From assembly GCA_014860355.1 (NCBI GenBank), contig JACZJV010000148.1, forward strand, positions 2,867 to 66,866: DNA of 64,000 bases, read 5' to 3'. This document shows positions 40,823 to 50,719 of this stretch, piece by piece. Numbering within the stretch: the first letter of the stretch is position 1; every line of letters begins with the position of its first letter. Under the pieces are notes generated by a model, which was given only the letters and a program-made list of their open reading frames with translations, was not told the DNA's origin and made no database searches. The position numbers were made by a program, and so were the translations under genes. This DNA comes from Burkholderiales bacterium. GTDB taxonomy: Bacteria > Pseudomonadota > Gammaproteobacteria > Burkholderiales > SG8-39.

Positions 40823-41401
40823 TTAGCGATCTTGCAGCAAATCGACCGGCGTATCGATGTCGCGGCAGACGCCGGGGTCGTCGACTTCGATCAGCGTGAG
40901 GACGTTCGCATTTTGCCTGAGCAGCTCGCGCGCGCCCTCGTCGCCGCGCAGGGCCTGCAGCTGTGTCCGAAATTGCGCCGACAGTCCCACCGGGTGGCCA
41001 CGCTTGCCGCGGTAGGCGGGGGCGACGATGTTCGCGCCGGCTGCCAGGCTCGCGCCGATTTTGACTATGGTTTCAGGCCGGATGTAGGGCATATCGGCCA
41101 GGGCGACGACCCAGCCGGCGACCTCGCCCGAGGCGCTCACTGCGGTAGCCAGACTGGCGCCCATTCCATCATCGGCATTGGCGCAGAGGATGACCGTCGC
41201 GCCGGCGTCGCTCAACAGGTTCTCCAAAGCGGTCGCGCCCGGACGCACCACAGCGATGACGTGCGGGATGGCTGCGCGCAGCCTGGCGAGCGCGGCCACC
41301 GCGACCGGGGTTTGGCCGGAAAGAGGATGCAGCAGCTTGTCCGAGCCAAAGCGCTTCGACGCCCCGGCGGCAAGCAGAATGCCGCAGATGTTCGCGGCCA
41401 T
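40823..41401 (-). CDS. MobA/MocA-like nucleotidyltransferase (molybdenum cofactor cytidylyltransferase-like)
   Basis: The start is trimmed to ATG 41401 (MAANICGILLAAGASKRFG..DKLL). Lies downstream of xdhC, as in Mo-hydroxylase maturation clusters. Confidence 0.75.
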   Translation of the reverse strand: MAANICGILLAAGASKRFGSDKLLHPLSGQTPVAVAALARLRAAIPHVIAVVRPGATALENLLSDAGATVILCANADDGMGASLATAVSASGEVAGWVVALADMPYIRPETIVKIGASLAAGANIVAPAYRGKRGHPVGLSAQFRTQLQALRGDEGARELLRQNANVLTLIEVDDPGVCRDIDTPVDLLQDR

Positions 41402-41427
41402 CGGCTGGGCGCGGAAAAAGCCCCGGT

Positions 41428-42435
41428 TCAATTCTGCGGCACGCCGCACCCGGCTTCGACCGTGGCTTTGCGCGGCTCGACGCTCTGCGGGACTTGCACG
41501 CCGCGGCGCACTGCCGTCATCTCGGCGAGTATCGCCACTGCGATCTCGGGCGGAGTCCGGCTGCCGATCCTGAGCCCGACCGGGCCGTGCAGGCGCGCGA
41601 TCTCGCCCGCAGAGAGGTCGAATTCGGCCAGACGCTTCCGGCGCTTGTCGTTGTTGGTTTTCGATCCGAGGGCGCCGACGTAGAAGGCGGGGGACTTGAG
41701 CGCCTCGAGCAGCGCGATATCGTCGAGCTTGGGATCGTGGGTGAGGGCGACCACCGCGCTGTGCGCGTCCAGATTCAGCGCCTGCACCACATCATCGGGA
41801 TAGCGCCGATCGATGCGCATGTCGGCGAGGTCCCAGGCGTCGGCATACTCGTCGCGCGGATCGCACACCGTTACCTGGTAGTCCAGGGCCTGCGCCATCT
41901 GCGCCAGGTAACGCGACAGCTGGGCGGCGCCGATGAGCAGCAGGCGCCAGCGCGGGCCGTGTACGGTCTTCAGCACCTTGGCGTCGAATTCGAGCGCGTC
42001 CGACCAGCGCCCGCGCTCCAGGCGCGAGATGCCGGTCTCGAGGTCGAGATAGCGCGCCACCAGTTCGTGGCGCTCGATGATGCCGAGCAGCTCGTCCAGG
42101 CCGGCGCTGGCCTTGACCGGCTCGAGCACCAGTTGCAGCGTGCCGCCGCAGGGCAGGCGGAAGCGATCGGCCTGCTCCTTGCTCACGCCGTAGGTGACGA
42201 CCTCGGGTTTGTCCCCGGCGAGCTGCTGCTTTTGCACGCGCTCGATCAGGTCGTCCTCGACGCAACCGCCCGACACCGAGCCCGACACCTGGCCGTCGTC
42301 GCGGATGGCGAGCATCGCACCCAGCGGGCGCGGCGCCGAACCCCAGGTCTTGACCACGGTGGCCAGAATTACCGCATGGCCGGCCTTGAACCAGGTCGTC
42401 GCGCTGCGCAATACTTCGAGATCTACACTGTCCAT
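41428..42435 (-). CDS. XdhC/CoxI-family Mo-hydroxylase accessory protein
   Basis: 335 aa. N-terminal XdhC_CoxI pattern (ATVVKTWGSAPRPLGAMLAI..GSVSGGCVE) and a C-terminal Rossmann-like half (LLLIGAAQLS). Confidence 0.8.
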   Translation of the reverse strand: MDSVDLEVLRSATTWFKAGHAVILATVVKTWGSAPRPLGAMLAIRDDGQVSGSVSGGCVEDDLIERVQKQQLAGDKPEVVTYGVSKEQADRFRLPCGGTLQLVLEPVKASAGLDELLGIIERHELVARYLDLETGISRLERGRWSDALEFDAKVLKTVHGPRWRLLLIGAAQLSRYLAQMAQALDYQVTVCDPRDEYADAWDLADMRIDRRYPDDVVQALNLDAHSAVVALTHDPKLDDIALLEALKSPAFYVGALGSKTNNDKRRKRLAEFDLSAGEIARLHGPVGLRIGSRTPPEIAVAILAEMTAVRRGVQVPQSVEPRKATVEAGCGVPQN

Positions 42436-42678
42436 TGCACACCTCTGCCGATTTTGACCGCGATTGCCGCGGCAGACGTCAACGCCGCGCTCGGGCCAGG
42501 GCCATCAACCTAAAATGCATCCCCTGCGTACTGCGTCCAAGGTTATTCCTCGTTCCAGCACCGGTCAAGCGAGCGCTTCAGCTGCGAGCGCTTCAGTCGA
42601 TTGCGGTTGATTCAAGGCATCGCATGGTCTAGGATTTCGACCCTGCGCCGGCAGTATGCTTCAGCTCGGGAGGCTTGC

Positions 42679-43155
<477 letters not shown>

Positions 43156-43201
43156 CCGCCGCCGGCTCTGACAGGAAGACCCCAGGGCAGGCCCGAGGAC
43201 A

Positions 43202-44002
43202 TTGAGCGTGCACCCATTCAATTATCGAAATCCGAAGAGCGTAGCCGAGGCTGCGGCGGCGCTGGCCGAAGGCGGCGACGTCAGGCTGCTCGCCGGCGGC
43301 CAGAGCCTGATCGCCGCGATGAAGCTGCGCTTGTCTGCGCCCACCGACCTGATCGATCTCGGCGGCATCGGGGAATTGACCGGCATCCGCGTCGATGGCG
43401 CCGGCATCACCGTCGGCGCGATGACGCGGCACGCCGAAGTCGCCAGATCCAAAGAGGTGCAGGCGAAGATTCCTGCCCTGGCCAGCCTCGCCGGCAGTAT
43501 CGGCGACCGCATGGTGCGCAATATGGGCACCATCGGCGGTTCGCTCGCGCACAACGACCCCGTGGCCGATTATCCGGCCGCGGTGCTGGGCCTGAACGCC
43601 ACCGTCCATACCAACAAGCGCAACATCGCCGCGGACGATTTCTTCACGGGCATGTTCGAAACCGCGCTGCAAACGGGCGAGATCATCGTGTCGGTGAGCT
43701 TTCCCGTCCCCCGGCGCGCTGCCTACGTCAAATTCAGGAACCCGGCCTCGCGCTACGCCATCGTCGGCGTGATGGCCGCCGCAAGCGCAAGCGGCGTGCG
43801 CGTGGCGGTCACCGGCGCTGCATCCTGCGTGTTCCGCGTCGGGGCAATGGAACAGGCGCTGGCCGCGAAATGGTCGCCCGATGCGCTTGCCGGCATCAGC
43901 GTGCCGGCGGATCAGCTAAATTCGGACATGCACGCCAGCGCCGAGTACCGCGCGCACCTGATCACGGTCATGGCGCGTCGCGCGGTGGAGGCGGCGAAGT
44001 AG
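43202..44002 (+). CDS. coxM: FAD-binding medium subunit (CoxM-like)
   Basis: 266 aa. LLAGGQSLI, TIGGSLAHNDP and a C-terminal SAEYRAHL (CO dehydrogenase flavoprotein C-domain). TTG start as given in the track. Confidence 0.85.
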   Translation: MSVHPFNYRNPKSVAEAAAALAEGGDVRLLAGGQSLIAAMKLRLSAPTDLIDLGGIGELTGIRVDGAGITVGAMTRHAEVARSKEVQAKIPALASLAGSIGDRMVRNMGTIGGSLAHNDPVADYPAAVLGLNATVHTNKRNIAADDFFTGMFETALQTGEIIVSVSFPVPRRAAYVKFRNPASRYAIVGVMAAASASGVRVAVTGAASCVFRVGAMEQALAAKWSPDALAGISVPADQLNSDMHASAEYRAHLITVMARRAVEAAK

Positions 44003-44059
44003 CAGGGGCGGACCGGCGTTTGCCGCACAGCCGGCTAGCAGGAAATCAGACGTCCGAAT

Positions 44060-44284
44060 TCAGTCTTCCAGCGGACGCACGCGCGCGATCATTTCATTCC
44101 ACGCCGTAAGGGCTTCGGCGATGGCGCCCGCCTCATCCTTGCCTTCGGCCGCAATTGCGGGGCCGAGCTGCCCGCAGACGGGACAGATCATCCGGTAGAC
44201 GATTTCGTCACGCCCGTCGGCCAGGCGGCGGGTGCCGCGACGCACATCGGCTTCGGCGCCGCAGGTGCACAGTCTCTTTCGCAT
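44060..44284 (-). CDS. Small zinc-ribbon protein, Lar (restriction alleviation)-family-like
   Basis: 74 aa. CTCG...CPVCG...AIAEALTAWNEM matches the CxxC-CxxC-...AWN pattern of Lar-family phage proteins. The call rests on pattern resemblance only. Confidence 0.4.
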   Translation of the reverse strand: MRKRLCTCGAEADVRRGTRRLADGRDEIVYRMICPVCGQLGPAIAAEGKDEAGAIAEALTAWNEMIARVRPLED

Positions 44285-44807
44285 GAGTCAGTATACGCGA
44301 TGTGCCTGCGAATCAGGTGCCGCGGTGCGCAGAACCGTGGTTGATCCGGTGTGGCCCGAGCAATCCGGCGGCGTAACGAACCGATTCGATGAATGGCCTG
44401 TTACGTCGACGCGATCTTCGATCCGATTGCGCTGCGCGCCTAAGCCAGGAAGTTCACGGGCGCGATACACGGAATCCGAAGTCGAACCGCACGCGCCGCG
44501 AGATGCTGTTGCCACGGATTATCGGGAGTTGAAGGCGGCTCGCGCAAGCGCTGGAGAACTTGCCAGTTTTGAACAGTCGATTGGCCGGAATGTCAGGCAG
44601 CACCTGGCTCACGCTGCGTTGATTCTTGAGAAGCTGGCCGTCGCCTTGCGGCGGTAGGGAAGATGCGCAGGCGCCGTCGCGCCGTGCTCCCTGGAGGCGA
44701 AGGGCGGCCTAGGGTGCGGATGATCAATGAGTACAATCGGCCGCGACCTGCCGCTGGCGGATTTGCCTGAAAGCAGCCTGTGAAGCAGTGTGGGTGTATG
44801 CTTGCAT

Positions 44808-44859
44808 CGAATAGGCTTTTATCCGCCGTGCGCCAGCATGGCGGATAAAAGCCTATTCG
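44808..44859. repeat. Perfect 20-bp inverted repeat with a 12-nt spacer, 25 bp upstream of the next gene
   Basis: CGAATAGGCTTTTATCCGCC-GTGCGCCAGCAT-GGCGGATAAAAGCCTATTCG, read directly. Confidence 0.9.
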
Positions 44860-44883
44860 TTAGGCGTCAATAGAAAGGAGGGC

Positions 44884-45552
44884 ATGAAAATGACGCGCGT
44901 CCGAGTTGAGTGCTTTACCATCTCGCTTGACGGATACGGCGCTGGTCCGAATCAGGACATCAGGAATCCGCTCGGCGTGGGCGGGACAGAGTTGCACCAG
45001 TGGTTAGTCCCGACACGTACGCTCCAACGGACCCTATTTGGCGCCGACGGAGGCACAACGGGGATCGATGACGACTTCGCTGCGCGGGGCTTCAAGAATG
45101 TCGGCGCCTGGATTCTCGGAAGAAACATGTTCGGACCGATTCGCGGTTCCTGGCCCGACATGAACTGGAAAGGCTGGTGGGGGGACAGCCCACCCTATCA
45201 CGTTCCAACTTTCATCCTGACTCATCATGCGCGCCCGCCCATCCAGATGGAAGGCGGAACGACATTCTACTTCGTCACGGGCGGTATTCACGAGGCGCTT
45301 GACCGGGCGCGCGACGCAGCCAACGGAATGGATGTGCGCATTGGCGGCGGAACTAACACTATCCAGCAATATCTTCGTACGGGCCTTATCGATGAGCTGC
45401 ACTTCGCTATCTCGCCGGTCCTGCTGGGCGGGGGCGAGCGACTGTTCGAGGGGATTGACGTGCGCGCTCTGGGATACGAATGCGTTCAGTTCGTTGCGTC
45501 GGAGAAAGCCACCCATGTGGTACTCCGGCGCCAAGGGAAAAATGACGCCTAA
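44884..45552 (+). CDS. Dihydrofolate reductase-like protein (RibD C-terminal domain family)
   Basis: 222 aa. ISLDGYGAGPNQ..., ILGRNMF, GGGTNTIQQYLRTGLIDELHFAISPVLLGGGERLF are typical of this family. AAAGGAGGG RBS. Confidence 0.75.
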   Translation: MKMTRVRVECFTISLDGYGAGPNQDIRNPLGVGGTELHQWLVPTRTLQRTLFGADGGTTGIDDDFAARGFKNVGAWILGRNMFGPIRGSWPDMNWKGWWGDSPPYHVPTFILTHHARPPIQMEGGTTFYFVTGGIHEALDRARDAANGMDVRIGGGTNTIQQYLRTGLIDELHFAISPVLLGGGERLFEGIDVRALGYECVQFVASEKATHVVLRRQGKNDA

Positions 45553-45628
45553 CAACGATCGACCAGCGCTTTGCCAAGACCCGCGGGCCCGCAATCCCGC
45601 GCTGCCCTGCGCAGCGGAGCAGGGCAAT

Positions 45629-47299
45629 CTACTCCCAGACTACGCTTTGCCCGGCCGCGTACCAGCCCTGCGCAAATGGCCCGTAGCGCTCCTCGATGCG
45701 CGCGCGGCGCAGTTTCATGGTCGGCGTGAGGAATTCGTTTTCGATCGCCCACACGTCTCTCGCGACGGCGATGAACTGCAGCCGCTCGTGCGATTCGAGT
45801 TTGCGGTTGACTTCATCGAGCAGCGCCTGCAGTTTTTGCGTCAGCTCCGCCTGCTGCACCCGCCCCGCGTCGAGCAGTCCCCGCAGATTCTCCGCGAGCA
45901 CGCCAACCGCATGCGGCTGCGGGAAACCCGACCCCGTCACGCTGCACTGATCGAGCAGGCCGGAACTCAGCAGCTGATTCTCGATCGGCGCAGGGGCGAC
46001 ATAGCGTCCCTTGCTGGTCTTGAACAATTCCTTGATGCGCCCGGTGATGCGCAGCCGCCCTTGCGCGTCAAGTTCGCCGCGATCGCCGGTGCGCAGGAAC
46101 CCGTCCGCCGTTACGACTTCGGCGGTCAGTTCGGGGGCTTTGAAATAGCCCATCATCATCCCGGGGCTTTTCACGAGCACCTCACCGTCCTCGCTCAAGC
46201 GCGTTTCGACACCCGGACGCGACCGACCGACGTAGCCGCTGCGGGCGTCAGCCGACTCCGATGCGTGCGAATAGGAGTGATTTTCCGACATGCCGTAGCC
46301 TTCGAGCAGTTCGAGGCCGAGCCGGCGATACCAGTCGATCACGTCCGGCGCAAGCGGCGCCGCGCCGGAGAAGGCGTACCGGACCTGGTCCAGGCCCAGC
46401 CCCGCGAGGATCTTGCGGCGCACCAGCCGGCTCACGATGGGAATCGACAGCAGTGTCTTCAGCTTCTGCGGCGGCATCTTCGCATGCACGCCCGACTGGA
46501 ATTTCATCCACAAGCGCGGCACCGAACAAAACAGCGTCGGCCGCGCGCGCTGCAGGTCCTGCATGAAGCTCTCTAGCGACTCGGCAAAATACAGGTGCAA
46601 GCCGAAAAAGATGCCGATGCCCTCGCCCGCGTAGCGCTCGTAGCTGTGCGCGAGCGGCAGGTAGGACAGATAGCGGTCGGAGGTCCTGACATCGAGCACG
46701 GTGTCCGCGACCATCGCCGCGACCATCCCGGCGAAACTGAGCATCACGCCCTTGGGACTGCCGGTCGTGCCCGAGGTGTAGATGATCGTGGCGAGTTCGT
46801 CCGGATCGCGCTGCGGGATCTGCGCAAGCGGCGCCGACCGGGCGAGCACGTCCTGCCACTTGAGCGCGCCCGTATCCGGCGCCAGGGGTAGTTCGATCAC
46901 GGGCATCCCGGCAGGAACGCCGGCCTTGATGCCCGGCCAGTCGTCCAGCTTGCCGACGAAGAGCAGACGCGATTCGCTGTGTTCGAGGATGCTACGCGCG
47001 GTTTGCGACGACAAGGTCGCATACAAGGGGACCGAGACGTGCCCCGCCATCCAGATGGCGAGGTCGGCCATGATCCAGTGCGCGCTGTTCTTGCCTACGA
47101 TGGCAATCTGGCTGCGCGGCGGCAGATTCAGGTCTGCAAGGTGGCGCGCCACGCGCCGCACCTGGTCCATGGTCTGGCGCCAGGTGTAATCGGTAGTTTT
47201 GCCGCCGTTGTGCGCTTGCGTGAGAAACACCCTGTCCGGCGCGCTGGTCTCCCAATGGGCGGCACGCGCGAGCAACAGGTCATCGACGGAAATCCTCAT
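45629..47299 (-). CDS. AMP-dependent acyl-CoA synthetase/ligase (long-chain fatty-acid-CoA ligase-like)
   Basis: 556 aa. AMP-binding motif IIYTSGTTGSPKGV, YGMSE, TGD...GRIKELFKTSKGRYVAP. Confidence 0.85.
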   Translation of the reverse strand: MRISVDDLLLARAAHWETSAPDRVFLTQAHNGGKTTDYTWRQTMDQVRRVARHLADLNLPPRSQIAIVGKNSAHWIMADLAIWMAGHVSVPLYATLSSQTARSILEHSESRLLFVGKLDDWPGIKAGVPAGMPVIELPLAPDTGALKWQDVLARSAPLAQIPQRDPDELATIIYTSGTTGSPKGVMLSFAGMVAAMVADTVLDVRTSDRYLSYLPLAHSYERYAGEGIGIFFGLHLYFAESLESFMQDLQRARPTLFCSVPRLWMKFQSGVHAKMPPQKLKTLLSIPIVSRLVRRKILAGLGLDQVRYAFSGAAPLAPDVIDWYRRLGLELLEGYGMSENHSYSHASESADARSGYVGRSRPGVETRLSEDGEVLVKSPGMMMGYFKAPELTAEVVTADGFLRTGDRGELDAQGRLRITGRIKELFKTSKGRYVAPAPIENQLLSSGLLDQCSVTGSGFPQPHAVGVLAENLRGLLDAGRVQQAELTQKLQALLDEVNRKLESHERLQFIAVARDVWAIENEFLTPTMKLRRARIEERYGPFAQGWYAAGQSVVWE

Positions 47300-47703
47300 G
47301 CTGCGCTCCTCCCTGATTGCGCCGGCGCGCTCATCGGCCGGAACGCGACGCTCACTCCTGCAGCCAGAACTTCACCGGCCGGTCGTAGGCCGGGCTCATC
47401 CGCATGGCGGTGCCGAAGGTTCCGGTTTCCACCGGCGTACGAGGCTCGTGCTCCGCAACCGGCGCCCCAGACTTTACGCCGACGCGGCTTTCTTTGGAAG
47501 TGAGCCGGCGACGGATAACAACCCGATCGCCTCGCGAGGGGCAACTCTCGGTCAAACGGTCCGGCTATACACGGCGTGCTATCGACCAGGCCCCGCCGCT
47601 GGGCCGAACGTAACACGACGCCAATGAATTGCCGGCGTACGGCTCATCGCCGACCATCAGAATGAGTTACCTGAAGGCTCTTGATCGGCCATTGCTGTAG
47701 TTG

Positions 47704-47808
47704 ACTCTGAGTGCTACCTGCGGCCGGTGTAGATCCGTCACCGACCCTTGGTCACGAATTTAGGCTGAGCGGCAGCTTTCCGTTCCGACAAATGCGTACT
47801 CCCGACCC
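47704..47808 (-). repeat. Diverged inverted copy of the island repeat family (see 53510 and 55508)
   Basis: The reverse complement reads GGGTCGGGAGTACGCATTTGTCGGAACGGAAAGCTGCCGCTCAGCCTAAATTCG...ACACCGGCC. It shares the blocks GGGTCGGGAGT and GAAAGCTGCCGCT with copy A, at roughly two-thirds identity by eye. Confidence 0.6.
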
Positions 47809-47895
47809 TGACCTGTCACTGGCGAAAATTGGGAGCGGCCCTCCGTGTGGTTTCCAGAAAGCTGCTACTCGGGGCTAAGCTTACCGCTCGGCGGC

Positions 47896-48594
47896 TCAGG
47901 CGTAGTAACGCGCCTTCATCCGCTGGCAATAGGCGTCGAGATTGGGCCGGCCCTGCGCATGGTGCCGGATCGGCGAATCCACAGGCGCCCACAGCAGGTT
48001 GGCCATGAAGGCGTAGGCAGTTGCATCGAGCGAGCTGGGCTGCTCACCGAGCATGTAGGGCTTATCGGCGAGAAAGTCCGCAACCGCCGTGACGTCACGG
48101 CAGCCAATCGCGTGAATCTCCTGCGGGCTGTGGCGGCCCATGCCGTGGCCGTGCATCTCGGATAGCATGCCACGGCGCGCGAGCGGCGGTACAACCCAGC
48201 GCAAAGGAACGGGCAACCCGCCGAAGAAGGCTGACTTGGTCAGCGCCCAGCCGTCTTCCTGCGCCCAGCGTGTGTGCGCGACCGCCCAATAGAGGTTTTC
48301 TTCCAGCAGGCGCTGGAAGGCGGTGGCCAGTGCGCGGTCTGGCGGTGAAAGAGAAGCGTCCAGTGGATCGCCGTACTTGCACTTGAGGTATTCGATAATG
48401 AAGGTAGTGTCGGCCACGACAGCGCCGCCATCGTCGATGTAGGGCAGCTTGCGCTTGGGCGCCTTCATCACGTTGCCACTGTTCACAAGTTCGTACGGTA
48501 GGCCGGCCATGCGCAGGTACGTCTCCATCTTCATGCAGAAGGGACTGGCATTCGCCAATCCGAACGCGGGTGCGAACTGGTAGAGCTTGATCAT
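47896..48594 (-). CDS. Glutathione S-transferase family protein
   Basis: 232 aa. N-terminal thioredoxin-like fold with SPFCMK..ETYLRMAGLPYE, and a C-terminal helical GST domain. Confidence 0.75.
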   Translation of the reverse strand: MIKLYQFAPAFGLANASPFCMKMETYLRMAGLPYELVNSGNVMKAPKRKLPYIDDGGAVVADTTFIIEYLKCKYGDPLDASLSPPDRALATAFQRLLEENLYWAVAHTRWAQEDGWALTKSAFFGGLPVPLRWVVPPLARRGMLSEMHGHGMGRHSPQEIHAIGCRDVTAVADFLADKPYMLGEQPSSLDATAYAFMANLLWAPVDSPIRHHAQGRPNLDAYCQRMKARYYA

Positions 48595-48719
48595 GGTGGA
48601 GCCCTCAGTGTGCGGTTGTACGAAGGCGACAGCTACTTCGATTCTGCCACTATTCGCGCGCGGTATCGATGGCGGCGGCTTGCCGCCAATCTCAAGCCGC
48701 CGGCTCTTACATCCATGAG

Positions 48720-49016
48720 TTACGCTTTTAAATCGATAACGTTCTCATACTCCTTGATGCTGGGAGGCGCGGTCAGCATGCTTCCCATCGTTGACCAGAT
48801 AGCTCGAACGTGGTCGGCCGCGCCTTCCGCTTGCTCCCGGCTCTCGTAGATGGCAACCGTGACACCACTGCCGTCTTCGTTCCAAGCCGAATAGCACGCT
48901 GCTAGCCCCTGCACCTTCTTGAGCTCATTACGCACAGAGTCATTCAATTCCTTTACCGCCGCATCCGTTTTTGATGGATCCGCCTGGGTCGTCGATACAC
49001 GTAGGTACATGTCCAT
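48720..49016 (-). CDS. Small ABM/ferredoxin-like alpha-beta barrel protein, function unknown
   Basis: 98 aa. The length and beta-alpha-beta pattern resemble antibiotic-biosynthesis-monooxygenase-like domains. There is no diagnostic motif. Confidence 0.4.
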   Translation of the reverse strand: MDMYLRVSTTQADPSKTDAAVKELNDSVRNELKKVQGLAACYSAWNEDGSGVTVAIYESREQAEGAADHVRAIWSTMGSMLTAPPSIKEYENVIDLKA

Positions 49017-49514
49017 TCCTCCTTGTCTTGTTACAGATAATCAACCTGTCCTAACAAACCGGACCACCTCAAACCTACGCTTGCCATTTGCAGCTTCAGG
49101 CTGTTTCCGATGTTCATATTGCCTCCAATTAAGCGTGGATAGACAGCACGCGCAGGCGTCTTTTTAAGAGACAAATATGAAACCGCCTCCGCGTGCGGTT
49201 CGTTCGCTGCTTTGCAGGGTGGTACAGATTTGTACCAAGAAGAGTGGGCGCTGCGGCCCGAAATTGTGTTTAGGACTCGGCCCCCCCCCAAGCCGATCCG
49301 TTATTGTTCTTTCTTGTTCCGCAAAACGAGATTACGCTTTCCTGCAAATCTATTCAATACACGAGCTGAGTGGGGTGCTCAATGCAAACAGGAATTGATT
49401 GCGCCGATGGCGCGTTGCTTAGTGCCGAACTATCCATCCTGGGTCCGCTGCACGGTCAACCTTCAACGCAAGAGGACTGTGGTTCCAAGGACCGCTTCAG
49501 CGCGACTACGCTGT

Positions 49515-50383
49515 ATGAATGGCCGGTTCGGAGAAGAATCGCCACCGGCCGGTTGTGGCCGATTGTACGCACTCGGCATGCTGTCCAAAAGCCGCCCTTC
49601 GCCCAGAGGGAGAATAATCAGACTCCGATCAACAACGAAGGAGTCTGGCATGGAATCCTCTTAATTTAGGGAACCCTGGAACAAAGGCAAGCTGGTTGGT
49701 CAAAAGCCGCCCCTCAAACCCAAGGATATCTGGGCCATCCGTATTCACCTCCAAAACGAGGGACTGGTTCGAGATCTGGCGATGTTCAATCTTGCAATCG
49801 ACAGCAAACTACGTGGCTGTGACCTGGTCAACCTGCGCGTTTGCGACATCACGCACGGTAACCAAATACTGGGCCGGGCGATGGTCGTGCAACGAAAAAC
49901 TCAACGACCCGTACAGTTTGAATTGACAGAGCCTACGCGCACCGCTGCCGCCGCATGGATCGAAAAGGCGAGACTGAATCCGGAGCAATGTTTGTTTCCA
50001 AGCCGTCTCGCCGATTCGCCCCATGTCTCTACGCGACAGTACGCCCGTATTGCGCATCAGTGGGTCTCAGCGATCGGCCTGGATTCGACGGTATACGGCA
50101 CCCATACGATGCGTCGGACCAAGGCGACGCTGATCTACAAACGGACGAGGAATCTACCGGCTGTTCAGCTTCTGCTCGGGCACTCGAAGCTGGAAAGCAC
50201 CGTCAGGTATCTCGGGATTGAGGTAGATGACGCCTTGGAGATCGCCGAACAGACCGAAATCTAGCAATCACCCGCCCGGCGGTCGCATAGCTACACCGTG
50301 CGACCGCTTTCTGGCACGGATTTCAATACGTGCTCCCGGCCAGCACCGGCCCTCGGCGATTCTTCCCCAAAGCGGCCGCTTAT
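49515..50383 (+). mobile_element. Candidate 869-bp unit: a small tyrosine-recombinase gene bounded by imperfect ~47-bp inverted repeats
   Basis: The reverse complement of 49515-49561 aligns with 50337-50383 at about 36 of 47 positions by hand. Shared core: CGGCCA..ACCGGCC...GGCGATTCTTC.CC.AA.CGGCC. Confidence 0.35.
49650..50264 (+). pseudogene. Small tyrosine recombinase/integrase with an in-frame TAA at codon 5
   Basis: GAAGGAG RBS, then ATG 49650 GAA TCC TCT TAA(49662), continuing in the same frame as FREPWNKGKLVGQKPPLKPKDIWAIRIHLQ... into ORF 49782..50264. Catalytic set present: R (LRGCDL), HTMRRT, LGHSKLESTVRYLG. Confidence 0.7.
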
Positions 50384-50719
50384 CCAATGGGCGGTTCGGA
50401 CTCCACAGAAGCTGCCGTTGCTCGGCCGCCTAACTAGCCGCAATGATTTTGACAATTATCAATATCTGCCTAGAGGCTTCTGATAAAAGCCAAGTATTCC
50501 CACGTTCTCAAATAAGGGAATGCGCAACTCCTTTCTGCTGACTTAGCGCGGGAAGTTAGACTAGGTTCAAGTTGCATTTTCGGGATACAGAGCCCTCCCT
50601 TACGGTACTTCCTGTACCACTCTGCAAGAAGCAAGAACAACAGTACGCATAGCCGAGTTCGTATCTGCATACTACTGGGCCCACGCGCGCTGTCCTTCGA
50701 CATTGAAACGGAGGCAAAT

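Noticed and set aside
44232-44657. 141-aa plus-strand ORF, and the 67-aa minus-strand ORF at 47352..47555
   Set aside because: Neither has an RBS, a motif or a family resemblance. The first overlaps the Lar-like gene start region, and both lie in repeat-bearing intergenic DNA. A gene remnant cannot be excluded.
44003-44883. tRNA or tmRNA gene as the island integration site (also checked at 55596-55791 and 47300-47895)
   Set aside because: I looked for T-loop-like GGTTCGAATCC/TTCGA contexts and cloverleaf-compatible inverted repeats and found none. The check was by eye only, so a tRNA scan should confirm it.
49281-49289. C9 homopolymer tract (and a C8 tract at 14550-14557) as a phase-variation switch
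   Set aside because: Both are intergenic with no ORF or obvious promoter spacing affected. They may matter only as sequencing-error hotspots.
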